From Lysobacteraceae bacterium (lineage in GTDB: Bacteria > Pseudomonadota > Gammaproteobacteria > Xanthomonadales > Xanthomonadaceae): 54,661 nt of DNA. The notes beneath the pieces were generated by a model. That model did no database searches and was not told the DNA's origin. It saw nothing but the letters and a program-made list of their open reading frames with translations. Positions 20,777 to 31,843 of the stretch are shown piece after piece (the first letter of the stretch is position 1; each line of letters begins with the position of its first letter). The stretch covers positions 1-54,661 of the forward strand of contig JANRIF010000249.1 in NCBI GenBank assembly GCA_033765245.1, given 5' to 3'. The position numbers were made by a program, and so were the translations under genes.

Positions 20777-21553
20777 TCACAACGCATTGTCGTCCCCCGG
20801 CACCACGGTCATCAGTTCGACGCCGGTTTCGGTGACCAGGCAGGTGTGCTCCCACTGTGCCGACAGCGAGCGATCCTTGGTGACCACGGTCCATCCGTCC
20901 GGCAACACCCGGGTATGGCGGGCGCCGGCGTTCACCATCGGCTCGATGGTGAAGGTCATGCCCGGTTTGAGCACGGCGCCGGTGCCGGGCGTGCCGTAAT
21001 GCAGCACCTGCGGATCCTCGTGATAGACCCGGCCGATGCCGTGGCCGCAGTATTCGCGCACCACCGAGAAGCGCTGCGCCTCGACGAAACTCTGGATGGC
21101 ATGACCGATGTCGCCCAAGGTGGCGCCGGGGCGCACCACGCGGATGCCGCGAAACATCGCCTCGCGGGTGGTTTCCACCAGCCGCCGCGCCAGCACCGAG
21201 GGTTCGCCGACGAAGTACATGCGACTGGTGTCGCCGTGGAAGCCATCCTTGATCACGGTGACGTCGATATTGATGATGTCGCCGTCCTTGAGTTCCTTGG
21301 CGACGCTCGGAATGCCATGGCAGATGACGTTGTTGACCGAGGTGCAGATGGTCTTGGGGAAGCCGCGATAGCCCAGGTTGGCCGGGATGGTGCCCTGCAC
21401 GTTGACGATGTAATCGTGGCAGATGCGGTCCAGTTCCTCGGTACTGACGCCCGGCCGCACGTGCGGACCGATCATCTGCAGCACCTCGGCGGCGAGTCGT
21501 CCGGCCACGCGCATCTTGGCGATATCTTCAGGAGTCTTGATGGAGATTGGCAT
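20777..21553 (-). CDS. map: Methionine aminopeptidase type I
   Basis: 258 aa. The N-terminus MPISIKTPEDIAKMRVAGRLAAEVL and the pita-bread metal-ligand pattern (NVICHGIP, DGFHGD, YCGHGIG) match MetAP. Confidence 0.95.
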   Translation of the reverse strand: MPISIKTPEDIAKMRVAGRLAAEVLQMIGPHVRPGVSTEELDRICHDYIVNVQGTIPANLGYRGFPKTICTSVNNVICHGIPSVAKELKDGDIINIDVTVIKDGFHGDTSRMYFVGEPSVLARRLVETTREAMFRGIRVVRPGATLGDIGHAIQSFVEAQRFSVVREYCGHGIGRVYHEDPQVLHYGTPGTGAVLKPGMTFTIEPMVNAGARHTRVLPDGWTVVTKDRSLSAQWEHTCLVTETGVELMTVVPGDDNAL

Positions 21554-21573
21554 AGCTTTTCATTATCCGACAC

Positions 21574-21603
21574 TTGCACCCGTTTAGGCCAGCACGCTAC
21601 AAT
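21574..21603 (+). promoter_or_regulatory. Candidate sigma-70 promoter of rpsB-tsf
   Basis: TTGCAC (21574-21579), 18-nt spacer, TACAAT (21598-21603). It leaves a structured leader of about 210 nt before the rpsB ATG. Confidence 0.55.
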
Positions 21604-21817
21604 CCGCCGGCTGGGCGCGTCCCAGTCGCCGACACCGGGCGTCACCGGTGAATTCGCACACGCGGCATTACCCCGCCCCGGGGTGCCCGACGCTCGCGCA
21701 AGGGACAACGCCCTTGCAAGGGTAGACGGGTTCGAGGCGGCGGCCGCGTGGAGGCCCAACCCCGGAGCATCGACCTGGCCTGAACCGCCGGCGGCTCCCT
21801 TTCGTCAGGAATGACCC

Positions 21818-22681
21818 ATGTCCCAAGTCACCATGCGCCAGATGCTGGAAGCCGGCGTGCATTTCGGCCACCAGACCCGCTATTGGAACCCGAAGATGGC
21901 GCCGTACATCTTCGGCGCACGCGGCAAGATCCACATCATCAACCTCGAAAAGACCCTGCCGCTGTTCGTCGACGCCACCAATTTCATCTCGGGGCTGGCG
22001 CAGAAGCGCGGCACCGTGCTGTTCGTCGGCACCAAGCGCTCGGCGCGCGACGCCATCAAGGAAGAAGCGATCCGCTGCGGCATGCCCTACATCGCGCAGC
22101 GCTGGCTCGGCGGCACGCTGACCAACTTCCGCACCGTCAAGCAGTCCGTGTCACGGCTCAAGGAGCTGGAAGCCGCCGAGACCGACGGCACCTTCGAGAA
22201 GCTGGTCAAGCACGAAGTGCTGCAGCGCCGCCGCGAGCGCGACAAGCTCGACAGCTCGCTGGGCGGCATCAAGAACATGGACCGCCTGCCCGACGCGCTG
22301 TTCGTGATCGACATCGGCAACGAGAACATCGCCGTGCAGGAAGCCAAGAAGCTCGGCATCCCGGTGATCGCCGTGGTCGACACCAACTACGACCCGTCGC
22401 TGGTCGACTACGCCATTCCGGGCAATGACGACGCCATCCGCGCGGTGCAGTTGTACACCCACGCCATCGCCGACGCGGTGCTGGAAGGCAAGGCCGCGGC
22501 GCCGATCATGGCTAACGCCAAGGACGACTTCATCGAACTCGACGCCGAAGGCAACCCGCTGACCGCCGAGGACGCCGAGCAGCGCAAGAAGGCCGCGCCG
22601 CGCCGCCCGCCCGCCAAGAAGGGTCCGGCCCGCCGCGCCTCCGCCCCGGGCCGCAAGCCCGAAGGCGACGCCGGTCGGTAA
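21818..22681 (+). CDS. rpsB: 30S ribosomal protein S2
   Basis: [27 protein letters not shown]. 287 aa with a basic/acidic C-terminal extension. Confidence 0.97.
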   Translation: MSQVTMRQMLEAGVHFGHQTRYWNPKMAPYIFGARGKIHIINLEKTLPLFVDATNFISGLAQKRGTVLFVGTKRSARDAIKEEAIRCGMPYIAQRWLGGTLTNFRTVKQSVSRLKELEAAETDGTFEKLVKHEVLQRRRERDKLDSSLGGIKNMDRLPDALFVIDIGNENIAVQEAKKLGIPVIAVVDTNYDPSLVDYAIPGNDDAIRAVQLYTHAIADAVLEGKAAAPIMANAKDDFIELDAEGNPLTAEDAEQRKKAAPRRPPAKKGPARRASAPGRKPEGDAGR

Positions 22682-22695
22682 TCTCACCGCAGCAC

Positions 22696-22723
22696 GCGGG
22701 TGGCATCATCAGATGCCGCCCGC
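22696..22723 (+). promoter_or_regulatory. Intercistronic hairpin between rpsB and tsf (possible attenuator)
   Basis: 12-bp stem GCGGGTGGCATC/GATGCCGCCCGC (one G-T pair) with loop atca, 15 nt after the rpsB stop. No T-tract follows, so it is not a classical terminator. Confidence 0.3.
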
Positions 22724-22919
22724 ACGCGGCAATTCCGGACACCGCCGCGTCGGTATCGTCCCGAGCGCAGTCCGCCCATGTCCGCGGACGCAGCGCGGGT
22801 TGACCCACCGCCCGGCATGACGATCAGGCCGGCACCGCAGGCCCCCGACATGCGCCCTGCCCCGGAACCCGCTCGACATCACCCGGCGCTATCGCGCCAC
22901 GAATTCAAGAGGTAATGCA

Positions 22920-23795
<876 letters not shown>

Positions 23796-23820
23796 CGTCA
23801 TCCGCCGCTTCGGCGTCGCA

Positions 23821-23857
23821 CGAGGGGCCGCAGGCGACTGCGGCCCCTCGCGTTTTT
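23821..23857 (+). terminator. Rho-independent terminator of rpsB-tsf
   Basis: 13-bp GC-rich stem cgaggggccgcag/ctgcggcccctcg, loop gcga, followed by cgttttt. Confidence 0.85.
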
Positions 23858-24076
23858 GGTGCGTCTCATACCGTCATGACGCCCGGTGACACCTCCCCGG
23901 GCAACACCGAAGCCCAGCGCTGTCCTGAGCAGGTCGATTCAGGCGCCAACGGCGCGAACCCACATGGCATGCGCCATCCCGACGCCTCACCGTTGCGTAC
24001 CTTGCCGGTTCCGCCACTACGTGGCCTGAGTCCACCTCCAGCGCTGACGGAAGCGCCATCGGTCCTGCATGCCGCT

Positions 24077-27000
24077 TTACCGCGTCTGTTCCGCATCGCC
24101 CGTCGCAACGGCGTTGAACCGCCAGCGCGCCGCCAGCACCGGCAATACCAGCATGGTCAGCGCGGTCGAACTGAGCAAACCACCAAGCACCACGATCGCC
24201 ATCGGTGCCTCGATCTCGTGCCCGGCACGGCCGATGCCCAGAGCCAGCGGCACCAGGCCCAGGCCGGTCGCGAGCGCTGTCATCAAAACCGGCCGCAAAC
24301 GCTCGCTGGCGCCACGCCAGGCCAGTTCCGCACTCCACGCTTCGCCTTCCTCACAGACCAGATGCTCGTAATGTGCCAGCAGCAGGATCGCATTGCGCGC
24401 ACTGATGCCGAACACCGTCACCAAACCGATCAGCGAACCGATCGACAGACCGATGCCGGTAAGCGCCATCGCCAGGATGCCGCCGAGCAGCGCGAACGGC
24501 AGATTGAGCAGAAGCATCGGGACATGGACCCGGCGGCGAAACGCCATGCCGACCACCATCGCGATCGCCAGCGACGCCAGCACCCCGTATAGCCACAACT
24601 CGCGCCGCGCGGCCGCCTCGGCTTCAGCCACGCCGCCCACCTCAAGGAAGGTACGTTCAGGCAACTCGATCTGCCGGGCCAGCCGCGATCGCAGTTCGGC
24701 CACCACCATCGCCGCGCTGCGTCCGGCGACATTGAAGCCAACCGCCACCCGACGGCGCCCGCCATCGTGATCGATGCTGTAGCGTCCCTCGACCGGCGCT
24801 ATCCGCCCGACCTGACCGAGCGTCGTGCGACTGCCATCAACCCCGGAGAGCGGCACCTGTGCCAGCAGTTCCGGACGCTCACGCCACTGCGACGGCAAAG
24901 TCGCCACCACATCGACCCGATGGTCCTGACGCTGCACCTGACCAACCACGGTGCCGCCGTAGGCGGTGGCGATCGCCTCCAACGCATCCGCCGCGCGCAC
25001 CGCGTGCTCGCCGAGGCGCAGCGCATCCAGCGTCACCGCCAGCGCCGGAGCGGCGGCCTGCGAACGGCTGCGCAGGTCCACCACGCCCGGTACCGACGCC
25101 GCCACACGCGCCACCTGCGCCGCCAGCAAATCCAGTTGCGCCAGATCCGGCCCCACCACATTGACCACCACCTGCGCGGTTTCGCCGGTGAGGGTTTCGC
25201 TGATGCGATCGCCGAGAAACGTCAGCACCTCCGACTGCATGCCGGGATAGCCGGCCAGTATCCGACGCAAGTCCTGCTGCGCCTGCACTTGATCGACACG
25301 GCTGCCGGGCTTGAGCTCGACGTGAAACTCCGAGCGATGGCTGCCCCAGGTGTCTTCGCCCCGTTCGGCGCGTCCGACCTGCTGCTCGATCGAAGCGACA
25401 TACGGCAAACGCATCGCCTCGTCGCTGATCGCGCGCCCCACTTGCAGCATCTGCGCAATCGAAGTGCCGGGGAGTCGACTGGACACCTGCAATACGAAAT
25501 GCCCTTCGCGGAACATGGGAAAAAACTCGCCGCCCAGACGCGGCAACACCAGCAGCGCCGACAGCAGCAGCAACGTCAGCGCGACCAACACCGTGCGCAA
25601 TCGCCGGTCCACCCAGCCCAACGCTACGCGATGATGCACGTGGAGCCGGCGTTGCCAGCGCGGGTCGCCGACCTCGGCGTGATCACGCAACAACAACGCG
25701 CACAGCGCCGGGGTAACACTCAGCGCAACCAGCAACGACGCCATCACCGACAGCGCGAATGCCAATGCCAACGGCGCCAGCAACCGCCCCTGCACCCCAC
25801 TCATCGCCAACACCGGCACGAACACCAGCAGCACCACCACCGTGGCATAGAGCACCGAGCCGCGGATCTCTACCGAGGCGGCACGCACCACCTCCAGAAA
25901 CGGCAATGGCGCATCACGAACGGCATTGAGCTTGAGCCGGCGCACGATGTTTTCGATGTCGATGATCGCGTCATCCACCAACACCCCCAGCGCCACCGCG
26001 AATCCGCCCAAGGTGAGCGTGTTGACGCTGGCATCAAAGGCGTTCAGCACCAGCAGCGCGAGCAGCAACGACAGCGGAATGGTGAGGAAGGAAATCAGCA
26101 CCGTGCGCCAATTGCGCAGGAACGCCAGCAACAACGCCAGGATCAACAGCGAGCCGAGCAGCAGCGATTGCCCCAGGTTGCGCAACGCCAGCTCGATGAA
26201 ATTGGCGGGCCGATGCAGTGGAGAGATCACCTGCACACCCTGCGCCGCAAGCGTCGGCCGCAGTTCCTCCAACGCCGCCTCCACCGCCCGCGTGGTGGTG
26301 AGGGTGTTGGCGCCGAACTGCCCAGACATCGTCAGCAACACGCCGCGACGGCCCTGGATAAGGGCATCGCCAAACGCAACCGCCGCGCCATCGCGGATGT
26401 CCGCCACGTCGCGCAACAGCAGCGGTCTTCCGCTGCGGCCGGCGAGCACGGTCATCCCGATCGCATCGGCATCGGCAACGGGGTCGGCAATCGACAACAA
26501 CAGGCGCTGATTGGGCAACTCGATCAGGCCGCCACCCTGCTGTCCGAGCGCCGCGCGCATCGTCGCCAACACATCGGCCAGAGCCAATCCGCTGGCACGC
26601 AGGCGTGCCGGATCGATCTGGATCTGAAGCTGGCGCACCGCACCGCCGAACACGGTCACCCGCGACACGCCCGGCACCGCCAGCAGGCGGGGGCGCAAGC
26701 TGTATGCGGCAAGATCGCGCAAGGCAAAATCGTCCAGACGATTCGAGACCAGACCGACCTTGAGCAGATCCATGGTGCTGGAGGTGAGCGGCGACATCAG
26801 CGGCGAAGCCACCCCCGCCGGCAGTACCCCGGCAACCGTCGCCAGGCGTTCGGCGACGCCTTGACGCGCCATGACCGGGTCGATGTCGTCCGCGAACGCA
26901 AGCGTGATCACCGACAGTCCGGCGATCGATTCCGAGCGCAGCGATTCGAGCCCGGGCGCGCCGCCCAGCGCCGATTCCAGCGGCGTGGTGACGCGTTGCT

Positions 27001-27181
27001 CGACCTGGTCCGGCGTCATTCCCGGCGCCTCGGTCTGCACCGTCACCTGCGGCGGCACGAATTCCGGAAACACGTCCAGCGGCATGGCAAGCAAGGTTTT
27101 CAGGCCATACGCCATCGCGATGGACATCAGCACGATCAACACCAGACGATGACGGATCGACAATGCGATCAGTGCATTCAT
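24077..27181 (-). CDS. RND efflux permease (AcrB/CzcA superfamily), 1034 aa
   Basis: 12-TM RND architecture. The N-terminus LDVFPEFVPPQVTVQTEAPGMTPDQVEQRVTTPLE resembles CusA/CzcA-type pumps. The TM4 motif is ALGVLVDDAIIDIENI. It is last in an OMF-MFP-RND operon. Confidence 0.9.
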   Translation of the reverse strand: MNALIALSIRHRLVLIVLMSIAMAYGLKTLLAMPLDVFPEFVPPQVTVQTEAPGMTPDQVEQRVTTPLESALGGAPGLESLRSESIAGLSVITLAFADDIDPVMARQGVAERLATVAGVLPAGVASPLMSPLTSSTMDLLKVGLVSNRLDDFALRDLAAYSLRPRLLAVPGVSRVTVFGGAVRQLQIQIDPARLRASGLALADVLATMRAALGQQGGGLIELPNQRLLLSIADPVADADAIGMTVLAGRSGRPLLLRDVADIRDGAAVAFGDALIQGRRGVLLTMSGQFGANTLTTTRAVEAALEELRPTLAAQGVQVISPLHRPANFIELALRNLGQSLLLGSLLILALLLAFLRNWRTVLISFLTIPLSLLLALLVLNAFDASVNTLTLGGFAVALGVLVDDAIIDIENIVRRLKLNAVRDAPLPFLEVVRAASVEIRGSVLYATVVVLLVFVPVLAMSGVQGRLLAPLALAFALSVMASLLVALSVTPALCALLLRDHAEVGDPRWQRRLHVHHRVALGWVDRRLRTVLVALTLLLLSALLVLPRLGGEFFPMFREGHFVLQVSSRLPGTSIAQMLQVGRAISDEAMRLPYVASIEQQVGRAERGEDTWGSHRSEFHVELKPGSRVDQVQAQQDLRRILAGYPGMQSEVLTFLGDRISETLTGETAQVVVNVVGPDLAQLDLLAAQVARVAASVPGVVDLRSRSQAAAPALAVTLDALRLGEHAVRAADALEAIATAYGGTVVGQVQRQDHRVDVVATLPSQWRERPELLAQVPLSGVDGSRTTLGQVGRIAPVEGRYSIDHDGGRRRVAVGFNVAGRSAAMVVAELRSRLARQIELPERTFLEVGGVAEAEAAARRELWLYGVLASLAIAMVVGMAFRRRVHVPMLLLNLPFALLGGILAMALTGIGLSIGSLIGLVTVFGISARNAILLLAHYEHLVCEEGEAWSAELAWRGASERLRPVLMTALATGLGLVPLALGIGRAGHEIEAPMAIVVLGGLLSSTALTMLVLPVLAARWRFNAVATGDAEQTR

Positions 27182-27183
27182 GA

Positions 27184-28170
27184 TCAGTCCCGGTCGCCCT
27201 GATTCTGCTCGTCCCCACCCAGCGTGTCGCCACGTTCGGCCGCGAGCAGTATCCCAGCCCCCTGGATCACCACCCGCTCTCCGACCGCAAATCCGGCAAC
27301 CTGCACGTACCCGTCAGCACGCATCAAGCTCACGTCGAGTGCGCGCCGCTGCCATCGGGCGACTCCTGTTTCGACATAGGCCGATGGCATCGCCTGCGCA
27401 TACACCAGAGCGGCGCGCGGCACCCACACACCGGCGGTGGCGGGACCCGGCAGATCCAGCGCGACGGCGCCGCGCATGCCGGGACGCAACCCCTGCGCCG
27501 GATCGACCAAGGCGAAAAACACCGGGCCGGGACTGGCGGGATCGCGGCTCGGCGCCGGCCACAGACGGGTGGCGTCCAGTGGGCGATCGCCGTCGCGCAG
27601 CCAGTGCGCCGCCAACGGAACGACGGCATCGGCCATGCCGCCATCGGCCTCGATCCGCAGCAGTGCAACAGTACCGGCCGCCAAGCGCTCAGCCAGCGCA
27701 TCGCCGCCGTCTCCCGCAAGCGGCCCGCCCCATTGCACCTGCAGTTGTCGCTGCGTCCATTGCACGCGCGCGGCGTCCTGCGCCCGGATGGCGCGTGCCG
27801 CATCGCGTTCCTGCATCGAGGCGTTGCCATCGTGCGCGAACAGATCGTCGATCCGCTGGCGGTTGGCGTCGCTGACCGCCAGCGCGGCCCGCGCCAGCGC
27901 ACGATCATGCAGGCTCTGGAACAGCGGCTGCGGATCGATCACCCGCGCGAATGCGGCCACGGAAGCGCCCGCTGACGCTGGCGTCAACGCAACCGACACG
28001 ATGCCGAGGCGCTTGGCCTGTTCGGCGCCGAGCACCACTTCGACCGGCGCGGCAGGCGCTGTCGCGACCACCGCCGTGCTCGCGGCGGGCTGCACGTCGT
28101 CAGCGTCCGTCGACGGTCCTGTGTGGCATCCCGTCAGCAGCATGATCAGCAGCGGTAACGAGGCTCTCAT
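27184..28170 (-). CDS. RND periplasmic adaptor (membrane fusion protein), lipoprotein
   Basis: Start at MRASLPLLIMLLTGC (ATG 28170, ATGA overlap with the upstream stop). Lipobox LTGC. Coiled-coil-like middle and beta-barrel C-terminal part. Positioned between the OMF and RND genes. Confidence 0.75.
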   Translation of the reverse strand: MRASLPLLIMLLTGCHTGPSTDADDVQPAASTAVVATAPAAPVEVVLGAEQAKRLGIVSVALTPASAGASVAAFARVIDPQPLFQSLHDRALARAALAVSDANRQRIDDLFAHDGNASMQERDAARAIRAQDAARVQWTQRQLQVQWGGPLAGDGGDALAERLAAGTVALLRIEADGGMADAVVPLAAHWLRDGDRPLDATRLWPAPSRDPASPGPVFFALVDPAQGLRPGMRGAVALDLPGPATAGVWVPRAALVYAQAMPSAYVETGVARWQRRALDVSLMRADGYVQVAGFAVGERVVIQGAGILLAAERGDTLGGDEQNQGDRD

Positions 28171-29636
28171 CGCCGTACGTCCTGTGAGGTCGACTCGCCG
28201 GCGATCGCGGCGACCGGAGCCAGCGCACTCGAAGGCCAAAGCGGTCGCTGCACGGCCGCTTCCAGCGCACTCATGGCGGCGGCGAGGGCGCGTAGCGCGG
28301 CCAGTACGTCGCGCCGCCCCTGCAGGGCTTCGAGCTGCGCCAGCACAACGCCGATATGGTCGCTGGAGCCGGCCCGCCGAAGCTCGCGTTGCCGCGTCAG
28401 CAAGCGTTCTTGCAACGCCATTCCCGCCTGAGCCGCGCGCAGAGCGCGGCTCGTCGCCTGCACCTGCAATTGCGCCTGATCGAGCGTGGCCATCGCCTGT
28501 GCCTGCACCGCTTCGACATGCCGCGCTGCCGCCTCGCGATGGGCCTGCGCCGATGCGATGGCGGCATCATGGCGATCGTTCACAGGCACCTCGGCCGACA
28601 TCGCCAGCACCAGCTTGCGGTCGCCGACATCGTAGGTGTACCCGGGTCCGAGGGTCAGGTCGGGGTGCTTGCGCGCAACCGTCTCGCGCCAGGCAGCCTC
28701 GGTCTCGTCGTAAGCCGCCAATGCCTGCGCCAGGTCGACCCGGTTGAACACCGCCGCCTCGCGCAGGTCCGCCGCGCCGGGCGGTTGCCACGAACCGACT
28801 TCGTCCACGGCAGGCAACTGCAGCAAGACGTCGGCGAGTGCATCGGCGCGTACACCCACCGCCGCCGCAAGCTGCGCGCGTGCCGCCACCACCGCCTGTC
28901 GCGCAACGCGAGCCTGTGCCTCGTCCTGCAGCGCCAGCAATCTCGCCCGTTCCCGCTCCGCCTCCGGCAGCACGCCAGCCGACACCCGCCGCTCCGTCAA
29001 CTCCAACCAGCGATACCGCAACGATCGCACGCGGACTGCCAGTCGCGCGGCGCCCTCGGCAAGCCGCAACTCCAACGCGCTGGTACGCACCTGCGCGCGC
29101 AGATCCCACGCGATCTGCGCCTGTTGCCACAGCGCCTGGCGAAAACGGGCGCGCGCCTGATCGATGCGCGCGCTACGTTTGTCAGGACTCGCGAACACTT
29201 GCGATACCAGCAATGCGGCGATCCAACTGCTGGCACCGACCGGCGCGTTGGCGATCCACTCGGGCGTGAACGACAGCACCGGATTGGGGCGCCTTGAAGC
29301 TGCCGTGATGTCGGCGTCGGCGGCTATCCGACCTGCACGCGCCTGCGCCAATTCCGGGCGCAGTTGCCAAGCCGCCACTGTCAGCGCATCCAGCGTCCAG
29401 CCCTGAGCGCCCACCGGTACTGCAATGCCTGCTCGCTGCAGTGCCGCCAGCACCGCACTGTCGTCGAGCCGGCGTGCGTCCAACGCCGCCGCCGAACGCA
29501 CGGGATCGAGCGGCTGAGTGGATGATACCGACGCGCAAGCGTTCAGGAACAGTACGAGCAGTACGGCGACCAACAGTCGCATCGGCATCGGCACAATGGT
29601 GTATTGCCCCGGCGAATGACGGAATGCGAAATTCAT
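28167..29636 (-). CDS. Outer-membrane efflux factor (TolC/CzcC family lipoprotein)
   Basis: Lipobox LFLNAC and two repeated helical OEP halves. The start is uncertain: ATG 29636 is the longest, and ATG 29588/29582 give MPMRLLVAVLLVLFLNAC. Confidence 0.8.
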   Translation of the reverse strand: MNFAFRHSPGQYTIVPMPMRLLVAVLLVLFLNACASVSSTQPLDPVRSAAALDARRLDDSAVLAALQRAGIAVPVGAQGWTLDALTVAAWQLRPELAQARAGRIAADADITAASRRPNPVLSFTPEWIANAPVGASSWIAALLVSQVFASPDKRSARIDQARARFRQALWQQAQIAWDLRAQVRTSALELRLAEGAARLAVRVRSLRYRWLELTERRVSAGVLPEAERERARLLALQDEAQARVARQAVVAARAQLAAAVGVRADALADVLLQLPAVDEVGSWQPPGAADLREAAVFNRVDLAQALAAYDETEAAWRETVARKHPDLTLGPGYTYDVGDRKLVLAMSAEVPVNDRHDAAIASAQAHREAAARHVEAVQAQAMATLDQAQLQVQATSRALRAAQAGMALQERLLTRQRELRRAGSSDHIGVVLAQLEALQGRRDVLAALRALAAAMSALEAAVQRPLWPSSALAPVAAIAGESTSQDVRR

Positions 29637-29826
29637 GGCGGCTCACGGAGCAAATTTGCGCCGTATGGTACCGCGTAACCCGACCTGGTTTCCGGCCTGC
29701 TTCGCCGGCATGCGGCCCACCTGTCCGACCGCCGTTGACGCATCCACGCTGCCGCGCGCACCGCGGTCGATCGCGGTCGCGACAACCAGCGCTTCCCGAT
29801 TGCCAGCCGCGCATGCCGCTCGCACA

Positions 29827-30993
29827 ATGCCCGATCCGTTCATCGCAACAGGCGCCGACGCCGTGACCTCCAACCTCTCCGACCTGCGCGCTCAAATCGA
29901 TCGGGTCGACGACGAACTGGTCGCCATCCTGGCGCGCCGCGCGCAACTCACCGCGGCCGTCGGCGAACACAAGACGCGCCACCGGCTGCCGCTGTACGTA
30001 CCCGAGCGCGAGGCGCAGTTGCTCGCCGCGCGGCGCGAACGCGCGGCGGCGGCGGGGCTCGACCCGGCGCTGATGGAAGACATCCTGCGGCGGGTGATGC
30101 GCGAGAGCTACGCCAGCCAGGAGACCGACTTCCCATCCGCAGGGGATCGCAGCCGGCCGGTGGTGGTGGTCGGTGGCGCCGGCGCGCTGGGGCGCTGCCT
30201 GTCGTCGTTCTTCGTGCGCTCCGGCTACAGCGTGCGCACCCTGGAGAAGGACGATTGGGCGCAGGCTCCGGCGCTGCTCGCCAACGCCGGCCTGGTGCTG
30301 GTGGCCGTGCCGATCGAGCGCACCTGCGCGGTGATCGCCAGCCTGCCGGTGCTGCCGCCGGACTGCATCCTGGCCGACGTCACCAGCATCAAGCAGGCGC
30401 CGCTGCAGGCCATGTTGGCGGCGCACGCCGGGCCGGTGCTCGGGCTGCATCCGATGTTCGGTCCGGACGTGCAAAGCCTGGCCAAACAGGTGGTGGTGGT
30501 GTGCCCCGGACGCGACGACGCGCGCTGCCGCTGGTTGCTCGACCAGTTCGGCATCTGGGGCGCGGTATTGCGCGAGGAACTGCCCGAGCGCCACGACCGT
30601 GCGATGGAACTGATCCAGGCGATGCGCCACTTCACCAGCATGGTCTACGGCATCTTCCTGCAACGCCAGGATGCCGACCTGCAGGAACTGATGCGGTTGA
30701 GTTCGCCAATCTACCGGCTGGAACTGGCGATGGTCGGCCGCCTGTTCGCGCAGTCGCCGGTGTTGTATGCCGACATCATCATGGCCGCCGCCGGGCTGCC
30801 GGCACTGCTGGAACAATATCGCAACGTGCTCGACGACCTGCTGCAGCGGGTGCGCGAGCACCAACGCGACGCATTGATCGCCGACTTCAACAGTGCGCGT
30901 GCCTATTTTGGCGACCTCGCACCCGCACTGCTGCGCGAAAGCAGCGAGCTGCTGCGCAAGGCGCACGACGCGCGCGATCCCAGCCTGGGCTGA
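29827..30993 (+). CDS. tyrA: Bifunctional chorismate mutase / prephenate dehydrogenase (T-protein)
   Basis: Start at MPDPFIATGADAVTSNLSDLRAQIDRVDDELVAILARR (ATG 29827). Collinear with E. coli TyrA (LPLYVPEREAQLL, RRVMRESYASQ). Rossmann motif VVVVGGAGALG. Confidence 0.88.
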   Translation: MPDPFIATGADAVTSNLSDLRAQIDRVDDELVAILARRAQLTAAVGEHKTRHRLPLYVPEREAQLLAARRERAAAAGLDPALMEDILRRVMRESYASQETDFPSAGDRSRPVVVVGGAGALGRCLSSFFVRSGYSVRTLEKDDWAQAPALLANAGLVLVAVPIERTCAVIASLPVLPPDCILADVTSIKQAPLQAMLAAHAGPVLGLHPMFGPDVQSLAKQVVVVCPGRDDARCRWLLDQFGIWGAVLREELPERHDRAMELIQAMRHFTSMVYGIFLQRQDADLQELMRLSSPIYRLELAMVGRLFAQSPVLYADIIMAAAGLPALLEQYRNVLDDLLQRVREHQRDALIADFNSARAYFGDLAPALLRESSELLRKAHDARDPSLG

Positions 30994-31098
30994 AAGCCCG
31001 TGAAAATATCGCCCTGAGACCACCTGCACCGCCCGAGCGCGCGGCAGACGTAGCGGGCTGTGGCAAAATCGCCGTTCGCCGTCTTCCGGAAGCGCCCC

Positions 31099-31467
31099 AT
31101 GTCCGTCACCCACATCGCCCGTCTCGACAGCGAGTGCACCCTGCGCGAGCGCACCGAGATCGCTGCCGAAAAACTCATCCACGGCGAACCGATGCAGTCG
31201 TTCGCCGACATCTATTCCGACCCCGGCAAAGTGTTCCACGTCGGTATCTGGGAGGGCGCGCCGGCACGCTGGCGGGTGAAGTACACCGAACACGAGTTCT
31301 GCTACATCGTGTCCGGCAGCCTGCGCATCACCGACACCCAGGGCGTTTCCATCTATGCCGGACGCGGCGACAGCTTCGTGATTCCGGCCGGTTTCGTCGG
31401 CGTCTGGGAAATCCTCGAACGCACCCGCAAGATCTACGTGGTCTACGAACCGAATCCTGCTCAATAA
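31099..31467 (+). CDS. Cupin-domain protein (DUF861/EutQ-like)
   Basis: Single cupin barrel (EFCYIVSGSLRITD...GDSFVIPAGFVGVWE). Start at ATG 31099 (GGAAG 6 nt upstream). A GTG at 31060 is also possible. Confidence 0.7.
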   Translation: MSVTHIARLDSECTLRERTEIAAEKLIHGEPMQSFADIYSDPGKVFHVGIWEGAPARWRVKYTEHEFCYIVSGSLRITDTQGVSIYAGRGDSFVIPAGFVGVWEILERTRKIYVVYEPNPAQ

Positions 31468-31499
31468 GCCACGGCGCGCTGAGACCGACTCCACCGTCG

Positions 31500-31770
31500 C
31501 ATCCTGGCATCCGTCGCGCGCGAGCGCGCTCCCACGAGCAGCGAAGGCATCGCACGCTCTTGTGGGAGGCCGCTTGCGGGCGACAGGTGCTTGGTCAAAG
31601 CGAGACATCCGTCGGTCGCCACGCGACAACGCTCGCTGCGCGAGCTACGACGCACAGGGATGTGCAAGTGGCTCTGCACTCCCTACGGTCGCCGCGAGCG
31701 CATGAATGCGCAGAAGCGGCCGCTCGGTCGTGCGCAAGCGCGCTCTCGCAAACAGCGAAGGCATCGTTGT
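31500..31770. repeat. REP cluster (GTGGGAG-type units)
   Basis: 31560-31591 is identical to 17058-17089. gcgcgcgagcgcgctcccacgagcagcgaaggcatcg (about 31516) recurs as gcgcaagcgcgctctcgcaaacagcgaaggcatcg (about 31731). Confidence 0.6.
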
Positions 31771-31843
31771 CGCGAAGCAACCAACCGAACGATTCGTGAC
31801 GCCCCAGGGCGTGGGCGGCTACAATCAACGAGTTTGCCCGCCT

